Shown: positions 17,378 through 26,608 of the stretch, piece after piece | How the letters are laid out: each line of letters starts with the position of its first letter | Numbering within the stretch: the stretch's first letter is position 1 | Assembly (NCBI GenBank): GCA_002308495.1 | Contig: DBVW01000001.1 | Span: 2,684 to 51,876 of the forward strand | Source: Alphaproteobacteria bacterium UBA1254 | GTDB taxonomy: Bacteria; Pseudomonadota; Alphaproteobacteria; RF32; CAG-239 | Length of the DNA: 49,193 bases | Direction of reading: 5' to 3' | The notes under the pieces: generated by a model | The model's database searches: none | What the model was told of the DNA's origin: nothing | What the model saw: the letters and a program-made list of their open reading frames with translations, nothing else | Translations under genes and position numbers: made by a program

Positions 17378-18174
17378 TTGAAACGTATGTCAAAAATATC
17401 AAAAAAGCTCTTAACGGTTTTGATCCGAGCGTGCTCATTATTTTGGGTTCCGGACTCAGTGTTTTGGCTGATAAAATCGAGAACAAAATCATTGTGCCTT
17501 ATACGAAAATCGGGTTTCCAAAGATTAGTGTTGCGGGACATAAAGGTGAGCTGATTGCCGGTATGTTGGGAACTAAAAAAGTTTTATGTATGAACGGGCG
17601 CTATCATTTATATGAAGGGCACTCTCCGGCACTCGTGAAAGATATGATGTCATCATTTGAAAAAATAGGTATTAAAGAGGTCATTGCGACAAATGCCGCT
17701 GGCTCCTTGAGGGCTGATATGCCGGCAGGTTCGCTGATGATGATTACCGATCATATTAATTTTTCGGGGCAGAATCCGCTGATCGGGCTGAATAACGATC
17801 AGGAAGGACCGAGATTTCCGGATATGAGCAATGCATATGACAGAGATTTGCGGGAAAAAATGCGTCAAACAGCCAGAGAAAATCAAATCAGGCTTTATGA
17901 AGGGACGTATTTTTTTGTTGTGGGGCCTAATTTTGAAACAAAAGCCGAAGTGAAAGCCTTTCGTTTGATGGGGGCTGATGCGGTCGGTATGTCGACCGTG
18001 CCGGAAGTGATTGCGGCCGTTTATTTCGGAATGAAAGTTGTCGGTATTTCGGTTATTACCAATCAGAGCGCTGATTTGCAGACAACAGCATTGAGCCATG
18101 AAGAGACGCTTTTTGAAGCGCGTCAGGCAGCTGTCGATCTGCAAGGTCTTGTTTTAAAGTTTTTGGAGAAATAG
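17374..18174 (+). CDS. purine nucleoside phosphorylase (trimeric PNP/MTAP family)
   Basis: 266 aa with GRYHLYEG, TNAAGSL and GMSTVPEVI motifs. ATGA overlap with cdd. Confidence 0.85.
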   Translation: MIETYVKNIKKALNGFDPSVLIILGSGLSVLADKIENKIIVPYTKIGFPKISVAGHKGELIAGMLGTKKVLCMNGRYHLYEGHSPALVKDMMSSFEKIGIKEVIATNAAGSLRADMPAGSLMMITDHINFSGQNPLIGLNNDQEGPRFPDMSNAYDRDLREKMRQTARENQIRLYEGTYFFVVGPNFETKAEVKAFRLMGADAVGMSTVPEVIAAVYFGMKVVGISVITNQSADLQTTALSHEETLFEARQAAVDLQGLVLKFLEK

Positions 18175-18175
18175 T

Positions 18176-19480
18176 ATGTTACCTCAAGAGATTATTCGCC
18201 ACAAAAGAAACAAAGAAATTTTAAGCAAAGAAGAAATTGAGTTTTTTATTAAAGGTGTTACATCCGAAGAAATTTCAGATGCACAAATCGGTTCTTTTAC
18301 AATGGCGGCCTTTTTAAACGGGCTTGATAAAGAGGAAACAGTTAATTTAACACTTGCTATGAGAAACAGCGGGGATGTTTTAAGCTGGAATTTGAACGGA
18401 CCGGTTGTCGATAAACATTCGACAGGCGGTGTCGGAGACAAGGTCAGCTTGGTTTTGGGACCGATTTTGGCCGCGTGCGGCGCTTATGTGCCGATGATTT
18501 CAGGGCGCGGATTGGGACACACGGGCGGAACGCTTGATAAATTAGATTCAATTCAAGGTTATCAAACAGCTCCTTCAAATTCGGTGTTTAAGAAAACGGT
18601 TGAAAAGGTCGGATGTGCTATTATCGGACAGACCGGAAATTTGGCACCGGCAGATAAGCGTATTTATGCTGTAAGAGATGTTTGTGCTACAGTCGAATCC
18701 ATTCCGCTTATTACGGCTTCAATATTATCTAAAAAATTGGCAGCCGGTTTGGAAACTTTGGTAATGGATGTGAAGTTCGGCAAAGGCGCTTTTATGGAAG
18801 CGATTGATGATGCACGAACGCTTGCTCGATCAATTGTCGATGTGGCAAACGGTGCCGGCACGAAAACGACGGCTCTCTTAACGGATATGAATTCCGTGTT
18901 GGGTTATACGGTCGGGAATGCGTTAGAAGTTGTCGAATCGGTTCAATATTTAAAAAATCAGAATGTTAATTCGCGTTTGGATATGGTTACGAAAGCTCTT
19001 TGCGCCGAAATTTTAACAAGCTCAAAACTTGCGCGTGATAATGACGAGGCGTATGCGCAAATTGAAAAAGCGTTATCTTCGGGGGCGGCTTTTGAAAAAT
19101 TTGCCGAGATGGTTAAAGCTTTGGGCGGACCGGCTGATTTTTCGGACAAGCCGAGTGAATATATGCCGAAAGCTTCGTTTATTGCGCCTGTTTTTGCAGA
19201 AGAGACCGGATATGTGGCAGATATGTCAACGCGCGATATCGGTTTGCTTTTAATTGAACTTAAAGGCGGGCGGACGCACCCTTCACAAAAAATTGATCAT
19301 GCCACGGGCTTTACCAATTTTTGCCAAATCGGAGACAAAGTCGATGATAAGACTCCGCTTTGCTTTGTTCATGCACAAAGTGAGGAAGATTTTGAGCGGG
19401 TCGAAAGCAGGCTTCATGAGTTTATCAAAATCGGGGAAAAGCCTGAAACGAGATCTGTTGTGTTGGAAGTCGTTAAATAG
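18176..19480 (+). CDS. deoA: thymidine (pyrimidine-nucleoside) phosphorylase
   Basis: 434 aa with DKHSTGGVGDK, SGRGLGHTGGTLDKL and the SILSKKLA loop. Confidence 0.9.
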   Translation: MLPQEIIRHKRNKEILSKEEIEFFIKGVTSEEISDAQIGSFTMAAFLNGLDKEETVNLTLAMRNSGDVLSWNLNGPVVDKHSTGGVGDKVSLVLGPILAACGAYVPMISGRGLGHTGGTLDKLDSIQGYQTAPSNSVFKKTVEKVGCAIIGQTGNLAPADKRIYAVRDVCATVESIPLITASILSKKLAAGLETLVMDVKFGKGAFMEAIDDARTLARSIVDVANGAGTKTTALLTDMNSVLGYTVGNALEVVESVQYLKNQNVNSRLDMVTKALCAEILTSSKLARDNDEAYAQIEKALSSGAAFEKFAEMVKALGGPADFSDKPSEYMPKASFIAPVFAEETGYVADMSTRDIGLLLIELKGGRTHPSQKIDHATGFTNFCQIGDKVDDKTPLCFVHAQSEEDFERVESRLHEFIKIGEKPETRSVVLEVVK

Positions 19481-19506
19481 GTGCAAGAAAAAAGCAAAAA
19501 AAGTGC

Positions 19507-19535
19507 TTGACAATAGTGTTTTTTTCTTATATCAA
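19507..19535 (+). promoter_or_regulatory. sigma70-like promoter for rplJL
   Basis: TTGACA followed at 15-17 nt by TATATCAA. Confidence 0.5.
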
Positions 19536-19753
19536 TGCGCTCAGGTGATGACCTTTAAAAGTTATCACTCTGTCCAAGACTGTAGGCGGACAAACTCGTT
19601 TTATCCTTAATTTCCTACATAGACGGAGTTGAAAGAAGGTTTTTTAAAATCAATTTTTTCTCCCCCTTAACAGGACAGGTTTGGTTGCCGTATAAAAAGG
19701 CAAGCGATTGTTTTTTTGTATGGTATGGTAAAATTTTTAGTGGAGACTTAATA
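19536..19753 (+). promoter_or_regulatory. long rplJ 5' leader (candidate L10 autoregulatory leader)
   Basis: About 215 nt untranslated between promoter and start, with a stem TGTAGG (19581) / CCTACA (19614). The L10(L12)4 leader is a known mechanism, but the motif was not verified here. Confidence 0.35.
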
Positions 19754-20236
19754 GTGAACCGCGATGAAAAGAAACAACTACTCGATGAACTGCATGAACT
19801 GATTAACGGTTCTGAAGTTGTCGTTATCTCTCATTATAAGGGATTGACGGTGGCTGAAGTTTCAGAACTTCGTAATGCAATCAGAAAGGCAGGCGCCGGG
19901 TTTAGAGTAACAAAAAACCGGATTACTAAACTGGCTCTTAAAGACACAAAATTTGAAGGCTTGGCTGATCTGTTCAAAGGTCCGACGGCGATTGCTTTTT
20001 CAAGCGATCCGGTCGCAGCTTGCAAAGCATGTGTTAACTTTGCTAAAGATAATGAGAAGCTTATTATTGTCGGTGGCGCTATGGGAACAGGCAGTTTGAC
20101 TGTTGATGAAATCAAACGCTTGGCTACCATTCCGTCTATGGATGAACTCAGAGCGAAACTTATCGGTCTTTTGCAGGCTCCTGCATCTAAACTTGCGAGA
20201 GTTACAAAAGCTTATAGCGAAAAAGAGGCAGCTTAA
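19754..20236 (+). CDS. rplJ: 50S ribosomal protein L10
   Basis: GTG start at 19754 with GGAG 8 nt upstream; 160 aa. NRDEKKQLLDEL..VVVISHYKGLTVAEVSELR is typical of L10. The longer track ORF is a 5' over-extension. Confidence 0.9.
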   Translation: MNRDEKKQLLDELHELINGSEVVVISHYKGLTVAEVSELRNAIRKAGAGFRVTKNRITKLALKDTKFEGLADLFKGPTAIAFSSDPVAACKACVNFAKDNEKLIIVGGAMGTGSLTVDEIKRLATIPSMDELRAKLIGLLQAPASKLARVTKAYSEKEAA

Positions 20237-20293
20237 GGTTTTAAGTTACCGAAATAAAGAAAAGTTTAATTTTATTTTATTTGGAGAAAAAAA

Positions 20294-20668
20294 ATGGCAG
20301 ATTTGGCCAAATTAGTAGACGAATTATCAGCTTTGACAGTTATGGAAGCTGCTGATTTATCAAAAATGTTAGAAGAAAAATGGGGCGTTTCCGCCGCTGC
20401 TGCTGTTGCAGTTGCTGCAGGTGGCGCTGCCGGCGGTGCCGCTGCTGCTGAAGAGAAGACAGAATTTGATGTTATCTTGGCAGAAGCCGGTGCAAACAAA
20501 ATTAACGTTATTAAAGAAATCCGTGCTATCACACAACTTGGCTTGAAAGAAGCTAAAGATTTGGTTGACGGTGCTCCGAAGACAGTTAAAGAAGGTGCTC
20601 CGAAGGCTGAAGCTGAAGAAATCAAAGCTAAGCTTGAAGCTGCAGGTGCTAAGGTTGAATTGAAGTAA
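20294..20668 (+). CDS. rplL: 50S ribosomal protein L7/L12
   Basis: 124 aa with an Ala-rich hinge and a C-terminal [35 protein letters not shown]. Confidence 0.97.
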   Translation: MADLAKLVDELSALTVMEAADLSKMLEEKWGVSAAAAVAVAAGGAAGGAAAAEEKTEFDVILAEAGANKINVIKEIRAITQLGLKEAKDLVDGAPKTVKEGAPKAEAEEIKAKLEAAGAKVELK

Positions 20669-20690
20669 TTTCTTCAATTTCTAATTTATA

Positions 20691-20728
20691 AAAGCCCTAA
20701 CTTGAAAGAGTTAGGGCTTTAATTTTTT
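20691..20728 (+). terminator. rho-independent terminator after rplL
   Basis: AGCCCTAAC-loop-GTTAGGGCT followed by TTAATTTTTT. Confidence 0.85.
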
Positions 20729-20732
20729 GAAC

Positions 20733-20760
20733 TTGACAAATGATGAATAAATGCTAATTT
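20733..20760 (+). promoter_or_regulatory. sigma70-like promoter (extended -10) for the interrupted small ORF
   Basis: TTGACA, 16 nt, TGCTAATTT. Confidence 0.45.
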
Positions 20761-20797
20761 CGATTTACTTTGTTACATTTATTAAATCATTGTGCTT

Positions 20798-21019
20798 ATG
20801 AAAAGAACTCTGCAACCTCACGAGATTGATGCTCCGCTTCCTGAAAGAGGTAAAGATTGGGATTGGTGTCCTGATGATGAATAGTTACCCTTAGTACACG
20901 TTAGTATGATGAGACCGAGAGAATCTGACGGTCCGTATGAACAACCGGTTGATCCGGAGTTCGAAAAGGATATGCGTGACTTCATACGCAGATTCAAAGA
21001 GGGAGATCCCGTCCTTTAA
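20798..21019 (+). pseudogene. 74-codon reading frame interrupted by one in-frame TAG (28 codons, TAG, 45 codons); unknown product
   Basis: ATG 20798 ... TAG 20882-20884 ... TAA 21017-21019, all in one frame. No SD at either ATG. GC is higher than the flanks. Framed by a promoter and a terminator. Confidence 0.4.
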
Positions 21020-21035
21020 GTTTTTGAAAATTTTG

Positions 21036-21066
21036 AAAACGCCTGAGAAATCGGGCGTTTTGCTTT
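21036..21066. terminator. bidirectional rho-independent terminator
   Basis: AACGCC-loop-GGCGTT with a flanking A-tract and T-tract, between convergent units. Confidence 0.7.
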
Positions 21067-21915
21067 TTAATCTTTTATCTTTTTATATTCTGCTTTTTGT
21101 AACTCTTCCAAATCACGCAAGACCGCAATTCGATATAATACGGCTTTGACGGCTATGTCTAAACCTTTGCCTTCGCGATAATCGGCGGGCAAAGCAAAAT
21201 CGACTCGGTTGTCTTTGAGCATTTGGGTTGCTTTGCGTTTTTTGTGGCTTTTGGGTTTATAAACAGCAATTGCCGTGCCGTTTCGGTCTTTAACCATTTT
21301 CATTGAGGGGATATCAGTCAATCCGTCACCGAAATAGATGATACGCGTAAAAGGAATGCGTCTGCTTTCATCGGGGGTATATTCATTAACGGCTTTGTCA
21401 TCAAGCTTTTTTAAGCCTTTGTTGATTTTTGAAAGGTATTGAACTTTTGCCTGATAATTGACAACGCGTGCCGGCCAAACAGGTGTGCCGTTTTCATCAA
21501 ATGCAAATGCACAACCGGCGACTTCCTTAAAATAGGGGCGAATGGAGCAACCCTCAATAATTTCTTCGTAGCCTGATGAAATGATGTAGTGTTCGATATC
21601 TAAATCCAAATATTTGCCGAAGTGGTTGATGCGGTCAAACCATTCTTCGACTCCCTCATAATATTCAATATTTGATCCGCAAGCTTTGAGCATTTCACGC
21701 GACAAACAAATATTTTTTTCTTTTGCCATTTTTGTAAAATAATACATGCTGCCGGTGACTTGGTCGGCATGATTTTCCAAAGACCAAGCGTTTGCCTTTT
21801 TCCAAAATGTTTCGGGTTTTAAGCCGAGCTTCGGGATAAGCAAATAATCTTGCATATACGTTGTGCTTAGGGTTTCATCAAAATCATAGACCAGGGCAAC
21901 TTTTGTTCGTTTCAT
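21067..21915 (-). CDS. HAD-superfamily hydrolase, paralogue B
   Basis: Motifs YDFDETL, IISSG, FGDGLTDIP. Start taken at the ATG at 21915; a GTG at 21927 lies upstream of an A10 run. Collinear with 7139-7969. Confidence 0.7.
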   Translation of the reverse strand: MKRTKVALVYDFDETLSTTYMQDYLLIPKLGLKPETFWKKANAWSLENHADQVTGSMYYFTKMAKEKNICLSREMLKACGSNIEYYEGVEEWFDRINHFGKYLDLDIEHYIISSGYEEIIEGCSIRPYFKEVAGCAFAFDENGTPVWPARVVNYQAKVQYLSKINKGLKKLDDKAVNEYTPDESRRIPFTRIIYFGDGLTDIPSMKMVKDRNGTAIAVYKPKSHKKRKATQMLKDNRVDFALPADYREGKGLDIAVKAVLYRIAVLRDLEELQKAEYKKIKD

Positions 21916-22005
21916 TTTTTTTTTCACTCTTTACTTGCATTTTCTAAAGCTTTAATATAAAACGAATAAGTTAAAATTTAATCAATGATGTGAGGATTTT
22001 TTAAA

Positions 22006-23370
22006 ATGGCAGCAACAACGATGGATCAGCTCGTTTCACTTTGCAAGCGCAGGGGCTTTATTTTTCAAAATGCGGACATATATGGCGGTATGCAGGGTGT
22101 GTATGATTACGGTCCGCTCGGGGTTGAACTCAAAAACAACCTTAAAAATGCCTGGTGGCGTGCGATGGTTTATGAACGCGACGATGTTGAAGGTTTGGAC
22201 GCCGCTATTTTAACGAATCGGAAGGTTTTGAAATATTCGGGGCATGAAGATACATTTTCAGATCCGATGTGTGATTGCAAAAAGTGCAAGGGACGTTTCA
22301 GGGCAGATCATATTAAAGACGGTAAATGTCCGAACTGCGGCTCAACGGATTTGACGGAGCCGAGACCTTTTAATTTGATGTTTAAAACACAGGTCGGACC
22401 TGTCGAATCGGATGAAAATTTGGCTTATCTACGTCCGGAAACAGCGCAGGCTATTTTTACGCAATTTAAAAATGTTGTCGACTCGACATCGCGCAAGTTG
22501 CCGTTCGGTATTGCTCAAATCGGAAAGTCTTTCAGAAATGAGATTACGCCGCGCAACTTTATTTTCCGTGTGCGTGAGTTTGAACAGGCCGAGCTTGAAT
22601 ATTTTGTTTATCCGGGCGAAGATGAAAAATATCATGAGCTTTGGAAAGAAGCACGCATTAATTGGTGGATTGAACAGGGGTTGTCTCGCGAAAATATAAA
22701 CATTTATACGACTCCGAAAGAAGATTTGGCCCATTATGCCAAAGCCTGTTATGATATTGAATATCAATTTCCGCACGGTATGGAAGAGCTTGAGGGTATT
22801 GCCAATCGCCGCGATTATGACTTGGGCAACCATACAAAAGGCCAAGATGAGTTTGAATTGGAAGCACATTGTCATCAAAATTCTGACTCGACAACAAAAC
22901 TTTGTATTCGAGATGAAGAAAATAATAAATGGGTTATTCCGTTTGTTATCGAGCCTTCAATGGGTATTGACCGAGGCGTTTTGGCCGTTATGACGGAAGC
23001 TTATACGGAAGAAGATTTAGGCGGGGGAAACAGCCGAGTTGTTTTGAAGCTTAAAAAACATTTGGCGCCGATTAAGGTTGCAATTATTCCGTTAAAGAAG
23101 AACAGCGAAGAGATTATGGCAAAATGCCATGAATTAAAGAACAAACTGATGAAGCTCGGTATCGGACGTGTGGCTCTTGAAAATACCGGTAATATCGGTA
23201 AGGCCTATCGCCGTCATGATGAAATCGGAACGCCGCTTTGTTTGACAGTTGATTTTGAAACGCTTGAAAATAAGCCCGAATCGGTTACGCTTCGTGATCG
23301 TGATACGATGGAACAAATCAGGGTCAATACGGACGATCTTGGGGCATATTTGCGCGAATACTTTATGTAA
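22006..23370 (+). CDS. glyQS: glycine--tRNA ligase, single-chain (alpha2 dimer, GlyQS) type
   Basis: 454 aa with [25 protein letters not shown], a Cys cluster CDCKKC...CPNCG, class II motifs and a C-terminal anticodon-binding domain. Confidence 0.9.
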   Translation: MAATTMDQLVSLCKRRGFIFQNADIYGGMQGVYDYGPLGVELKNNLKNAWWRAMVYERDDVEGLDAAILTNRKVLKYSGHEDTFSDPMCDCKKCKGRFRADHIKDGKCPNCGSTDLTEPRPFNLMFKTQVGPVESDENLAYLRPETAQAIFTQFKNVVDSTSRKLPFGIAQIGKSFRNEITPRNFIFRVREFEQAELEYFVYPGEDEKYHELWKEARINWWIEQGLSRENINIYTTPKEDLAHYAKACYDIEYQFPHGMEELEGIANRRDYDLGNHTKGQDEFELEAHCHQNSDSTTKLCIRDEENNKWVIPFVIEPSMGIDRGVLAVMTEAYTEEDLGGGNSRVVLKLKKHLAPIKVAIIPLKKNSEEIMAKCHELKNKLMKLGIGRVALENTGNIGKAYRRHDEIGTPLCLTVDFETLENKPESVTLRDRDTMEQIRVNTDDLGAYLREYFM

Positions 23371-23427
23371 AAAACTCGTATGGCGGGTGTCTAATACAGA
23401 AGCGCTTTTTTGTGATTTAAGTATATA

Positions 23428-23459
23428 AAAAGAGAGGAACCTTTCTTCCTCTCTTTTTC
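23428..23459 (+). terminator. rho-independent terminator after glyQS
   Basis: AGAGAGGAA-loop-TTCCTCTCT followed by TTTTT. Confidence 0.75.
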
Positions 23460-23603
23460 CCTTTCGCCGCGACCCATGCCGCAAGCTGTCAATAAAGGGA
23501 CATCTTGCTTAAAACAAGAGCGTTTTTCATCTCCGTTTATCGCTTTAAGCAAGTTTAATTTAATGATGAATTTTTTGATATCAATCCGAAATAAACAAAT
23601 TAT

Positions 23604-24515
23604 CTATTTTAAAAGAGCACCGTTTTCAAAAGAGAAGCCGCGCAACAGTTCATCTGTTGTCATTACACGCTTGCCCTGTCTTTGAATTTGATCAATTCGG
23701 AGGGCTTTATCTGCGCAAGCGATTTTGAGATTTTGTTTTCCTTCCAAGATTTGTCCCGGCGTTCCCGTTTCATTAATAACTGTCGCTTTCAGAGTTTTGA
23801 AACGTTCGCCGTTATATTCAAAATAGGTTGCGGGGAAGGGATTAAAGGCTCTGATTTTGCGCTCCAAATAGTCTGCAGATAAATTAAAATCAAGCTTTTC
23901 TTCTTCTTTTTCAAGTTTTTTGGCGTAAGTTACCAAATTTTCGTTTTGAGGAAGCGGATTGATGGCGCTGAAATTTTGTAAAACATTGCTCATTAAATCA
24001 GCCCCTAATAAAGAGAGCGAATCGTGAAGCGAGCCGCCGGTTGTTTCTTTATCAATCGGGACAATGCCTTTTTCATACATGCGGCCTGCATCCAAAGCCT
24101 CAACAATTTCCATAATCGTTACGCCGCTTGCGTTGTCGCCGGCTTCAATGGCACGTTGAATCGGCGCCGCGCCGCGCCAACGGGGCAATAATGAGGCATG
24201 AACATTTAAACATCCCAAAGGAAAAGCTTCAATAACGGGTTTGGGCAGAATTAAACCGTAAGCGGCGACAATGGCAATATCGGCCTTTAGAGCAGCAAAA
24301 GCTTTTTGAGCATCTTCATTGCGCAATGTTTTCGGTGTGCGCACTTCGATGTTGTGTTTTTCGGCGAGAAGATGCACGGGTGTCTTTTTTAAGTCATTGC
24401 CGCGCCCCGCTATTTTGGGGGCTTTCGTATAAACGGAAATCACATCGTGTTCTTTAATCAGTCTTTCTAAGACAGGCACGGCAAAATCAGGCGTTCCCAT
24501 AAAAACAATTTTCAT
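23604..24515 (-). CDS. fmt: methionyl-tRNA formyltransferase
   Basis: 303 aa with MKIVFMGTPDFAVP, NVHASLLPRWRGAAPIQRAI and a C-terminal Fmt domain. Confidence 0.93.
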   Translation of the reverse strand: MKIVFMGTPDFAVPVLERLIKEHDVISVYTKAPKIAGRGNDLKKTPVHLLAEKHNIEVRTPKTLRNEDAQKAFAALKADIAIVAAYGLILPKPVIEAFPLGCLNVHASLLPRWRGAAPIQRAIEAGDNASGVTIMEIVEALDAGRMYEKGIVPIDKETTGGSLHDSLSLLGADLMSNVLQNFSAINPLPQNENLVTYAKKLEKEEEKLDFNLSADYLERKIRAFNPFPATYFEYNGERFKTLKATVINETGTPGQILEGKQNLKIACADKALRIDQIQRQGKRVMTTDELLRGFSFENGALLK

Positions 24516-24530
24516 TTTTGCTTCCTTGTA

Positions 24531-24559
24531 AAGAAGCCGCCTTTAAGACGGCGGCTTTA
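24531..24559 (-). terminator. hairpin between the ppiD-like gene and fmt (weak terminator or attenuator)
   Basis: AAGCCGCC-loop-GGCGGCTT on the minus strand, followed only by CTTT. Confidence 0.4.
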
Positions 24560-24561
24560 AT

Positions 24562-26448
24562 TTAGTCTTCAATGCCCATTAATTTATATTTGACTTTAAT
24601 TTTATAGTCTTTGGCATAAGAATCGAGCATCGCCTTTTGAAGGTCAGCCGCTAAACTTTGCTGATTTTTAACGATGACAAGTGCTTTTTCGTTTTCGCTG
24701 AGCGGTGCGGAATTTTTATAATCCTGCTCGGCAACGGCAATAATGTATTTGTCGCCGGCTGTCGTTTGATAAGGATTATTCAGCTCTTGCATGAAAAGCT
24801 CTCTGATGTCGGCATAGTTTAAATCGGCAAATGTTTCATTGCGCGTGATCGGTTGAGATTTATATGCCGTGAGGCCGTAACGGCGAGCGGTTTTTGAAAA
24901 GTCATCACCATTTTCCAAATCATGCATCATATCGTTGATTTTTTCCTGGGCCATGGCCGTTTTTTCGTTCGCTGCCCATAACGTTTTAATTTCGGGTGTT
25001 ACTTCTTCAAGGCTCTTTTGATGAGACTCGATAATATCGTCAACGCGCAAAACGGCAAGTCCTTCGTCGGTTTCAATCGTTTGGCTGATTTCAGCCAAAG
25101 CATAAGAAAAAGCAGCGTCTATGAAATCTGATGAGCGAACGATTTCTTTTAAGCTTTCGGGCGCATCTTGAACATTGCCGTCATCGGACAAACCTTTAAC
25201 CTTTAAAATTTTGGCGTTAAATGTTTGTGCAATTTCTTCCAAATCTTTGCCGGCGCCGAGTTCATCTTCAATTTTGCCGACTGTTTCATACATTTGATCG
25301 TATAGGCCTTCGCTTAAAATTTCGTTTTTGATTTCTTTTGAGGCTTTTGCATAATCAACTTTTGAAGGGGGAACGATATTTGTTACCTTCATGATTTGCC
25401 AAACATCACCCATTTGAACAGGCTTTGTGTAACCGTTTTTCTTTAAAGCGAAAACGTCTTCCGCAATTTCAAATATGAGCTCATTTTCGGAAACGATGCC
25501 GAGCTCTGTTTCTTCTTTCGTTTGTTTGGCAATCGAATCGGCAACGGCGTAAAAATTTCGACCTTTTTGAAGCTCTTCATAAGCTTTGTTCGCATCTTCT
25601 TCATTTTCAAACATCATTTGAAGAACTTCACGTTTTTCAGGTGTTTCGTAATTTTCAACATGTTCGTCGTAGTAAGCTTTAATTTCGTCATCAGAAATTT
25701 CCATTTGAGATGAAATATCGTCTACGGAAAGGTAGATTACAGACAAATCACGCGTTTCGGGAGCAATGAAAGAAGGTGCAAAGTCGTCATAATATTGCTC
25801 AATTTCATCTTGAGAAATTTGGCGCTCAACTTTCAGGTCGTTCGGATCAACGGAAACATATTTAAATGTGCGGCGCTTGTTGTCAATTTTAAGTTCGGCA
25901 TCAATTAAAGCTTGCGGAACGGTAATGTTTTTAACAGGCCACGTGATGAGGATTTGTTCGGCTAAGCCGCGCTCAACCGAATGGGTATATTCCGTTTCGC
26001 TGATGTTGTTTTCAGATAAAACACGGCGGAACAAATCGCGGTTAAATTGACCGGATAAGTCATGAAAAGCAGGTTCGCTCATAATGATTCGTCCGACCAG
26101 TTCGGGACGGAAAGAAACATGATATTTTTGCGCTGTTCGATCAATGATTGCATTTTTGACCATCTTTTGAGCAATGGCGTTCATCAGATGAGAACGAATC
26201 TCTTCGTTTGCGTCTTCGTTTAAGTCAATATCCATCAGGTTTTTGGCCGCGTTTAATTCTTTTTGAAATTCGTAAGAAAACTCAGCCTGGCTGACCGTAA
26301 CATCATCAACTTTAATCACAGTGCGGTTGTTTGACGCGCTTGAAATATAGCCCGTGATGCCGAAAAGAGACATAAAACTTAAGGCGGTTAATGTTAAAAT
26401 TAATTTTGCTATCCAGCTTTTTTGCGCTTTTGCTAATTTATTTATCAT
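24562..26448 (-). CDS. ppiD: PpiD-like periplasmic chaperone / peptidyl-prolyl isomerase (SurA N-terminal domain protein)
   Basis: 628 aa with an N-terminal membrane anchor (IAKLILTLTALSFMSLFGI) and a long periplasmic chaperone-like body. The size and architecture match PpiD. Confidence 0.65.
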   Translation of the reverse strand: MINKLAKAQKSWIAKLILTLTALSFMSLFGITGYISSASNNRTVIKVDDVTVSQAEFSYEFQKELNAAKNLMDIDLNEDANEEIRSHLMNAIAQKMVKNAIIDRTAQKYHVSFRPELVGRIIMSEPAFHDLSGQFNRDLFRRVLSENNISETEYTHSVERGLAEQILITWPVKNITVPQALIDAELKIDNKRRTFKYVSVDPNDLKVERQISQDEIEQYYDDFAPSFIAPETRDLSVIYLSVDDISSQMEISDDEIKAYYDEHVENYETPEKREVLQMMFENEEDANKAYEELQKGRNFYAVADSIAKQTKEETELGIVSENELIFEIAEDVFALKKNGYTKPVQMGDVWQIMKVTNIVPPSKVDYAKASKEIKNEILSEGLYDQMYETVGKIEDELGAGKDLEEIAQTFNAKILKVKGLSDDGNVQDAPESLKEIVRSSDFIDAAFSYALAEISQTIETDEGLAVLRVDDIIESHQKSLEEVTPEIKTLWAANEKTAMAQEKINDMMHDLENGDDFSKTARRYGLTAYKSQPITRNETFADLNYADIRELFMQELNNPYQTTAGDKYIIAVAEQDYKNSAPLSENEKALVIVKNQQSLAADLQKAMLDSYAKDYKIKVKYKLMGIED

Positions 26449-26608
26449 TTTTCTGTCCTGCTTTAAAAAATTATTTTGAGGGCATTATAGGTACATTTAG
26501 CTCAGAATGCAAATAATAAATATTGATGTTGAAAAGTTTTTTAAACTGGAAAATGAAAAACATCTGTGTTAAAAGACATTCAGTTTAATTTTTAATAAAG
26601 GAATGAAT

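Noticed and set aside
17653-18144. Large antisense ORFs inside well-supported genes. This one is in the PNP gene; others are 22429-22878 in glyQS, 36524-37141 in the secreted-protein gene, 46151-46582 in the hemolysin III-family gene, 33219-33602 in the OMP gene and 27755-28147 in pyrG.
   Set aside because: Each lies opposite a gene with strong motif support, and their translations are low-complexity and motif-free.
20272-20677. Two minus-strand ORFs (117 and 102 aa) across rplL.
   Set aside because: They are antisense shadows of the Ala/Glu/Lys-rich L7/L12 gene, which is unmistakable on the plus strand.
20882-20884. In-frame TAG of the small ORF as programmed read-through or recoding (for example pyrrolysine, or a reassigned genetic code).
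   Set aside because: TAG terminates bona fide genes in this same window (deoA, chpT). No pyl context is visible. A nonsense mutation or a non-coding transcript is more parsimonious.
23371-23392. The motif CTCGTATGG occurs just after the stop codons of both glyQS (23376) and lpxA (32286).
   Set aside because: A 9-nt match occurring twice in 49 kb, without extended flanking similarity or structure, is compatible with chance.
23506-23554. 10-bp inverted repeat CTTGCTTAAA ... TTTAAGCAAG with a 30-nt loop, in the glyQS/fmt convergent gap.
   Set aside because: It could be a weak fmt terminator on the minus strand, but the loop is long and there is no T-tract. I see nothing to tie it to a known RNA motif.
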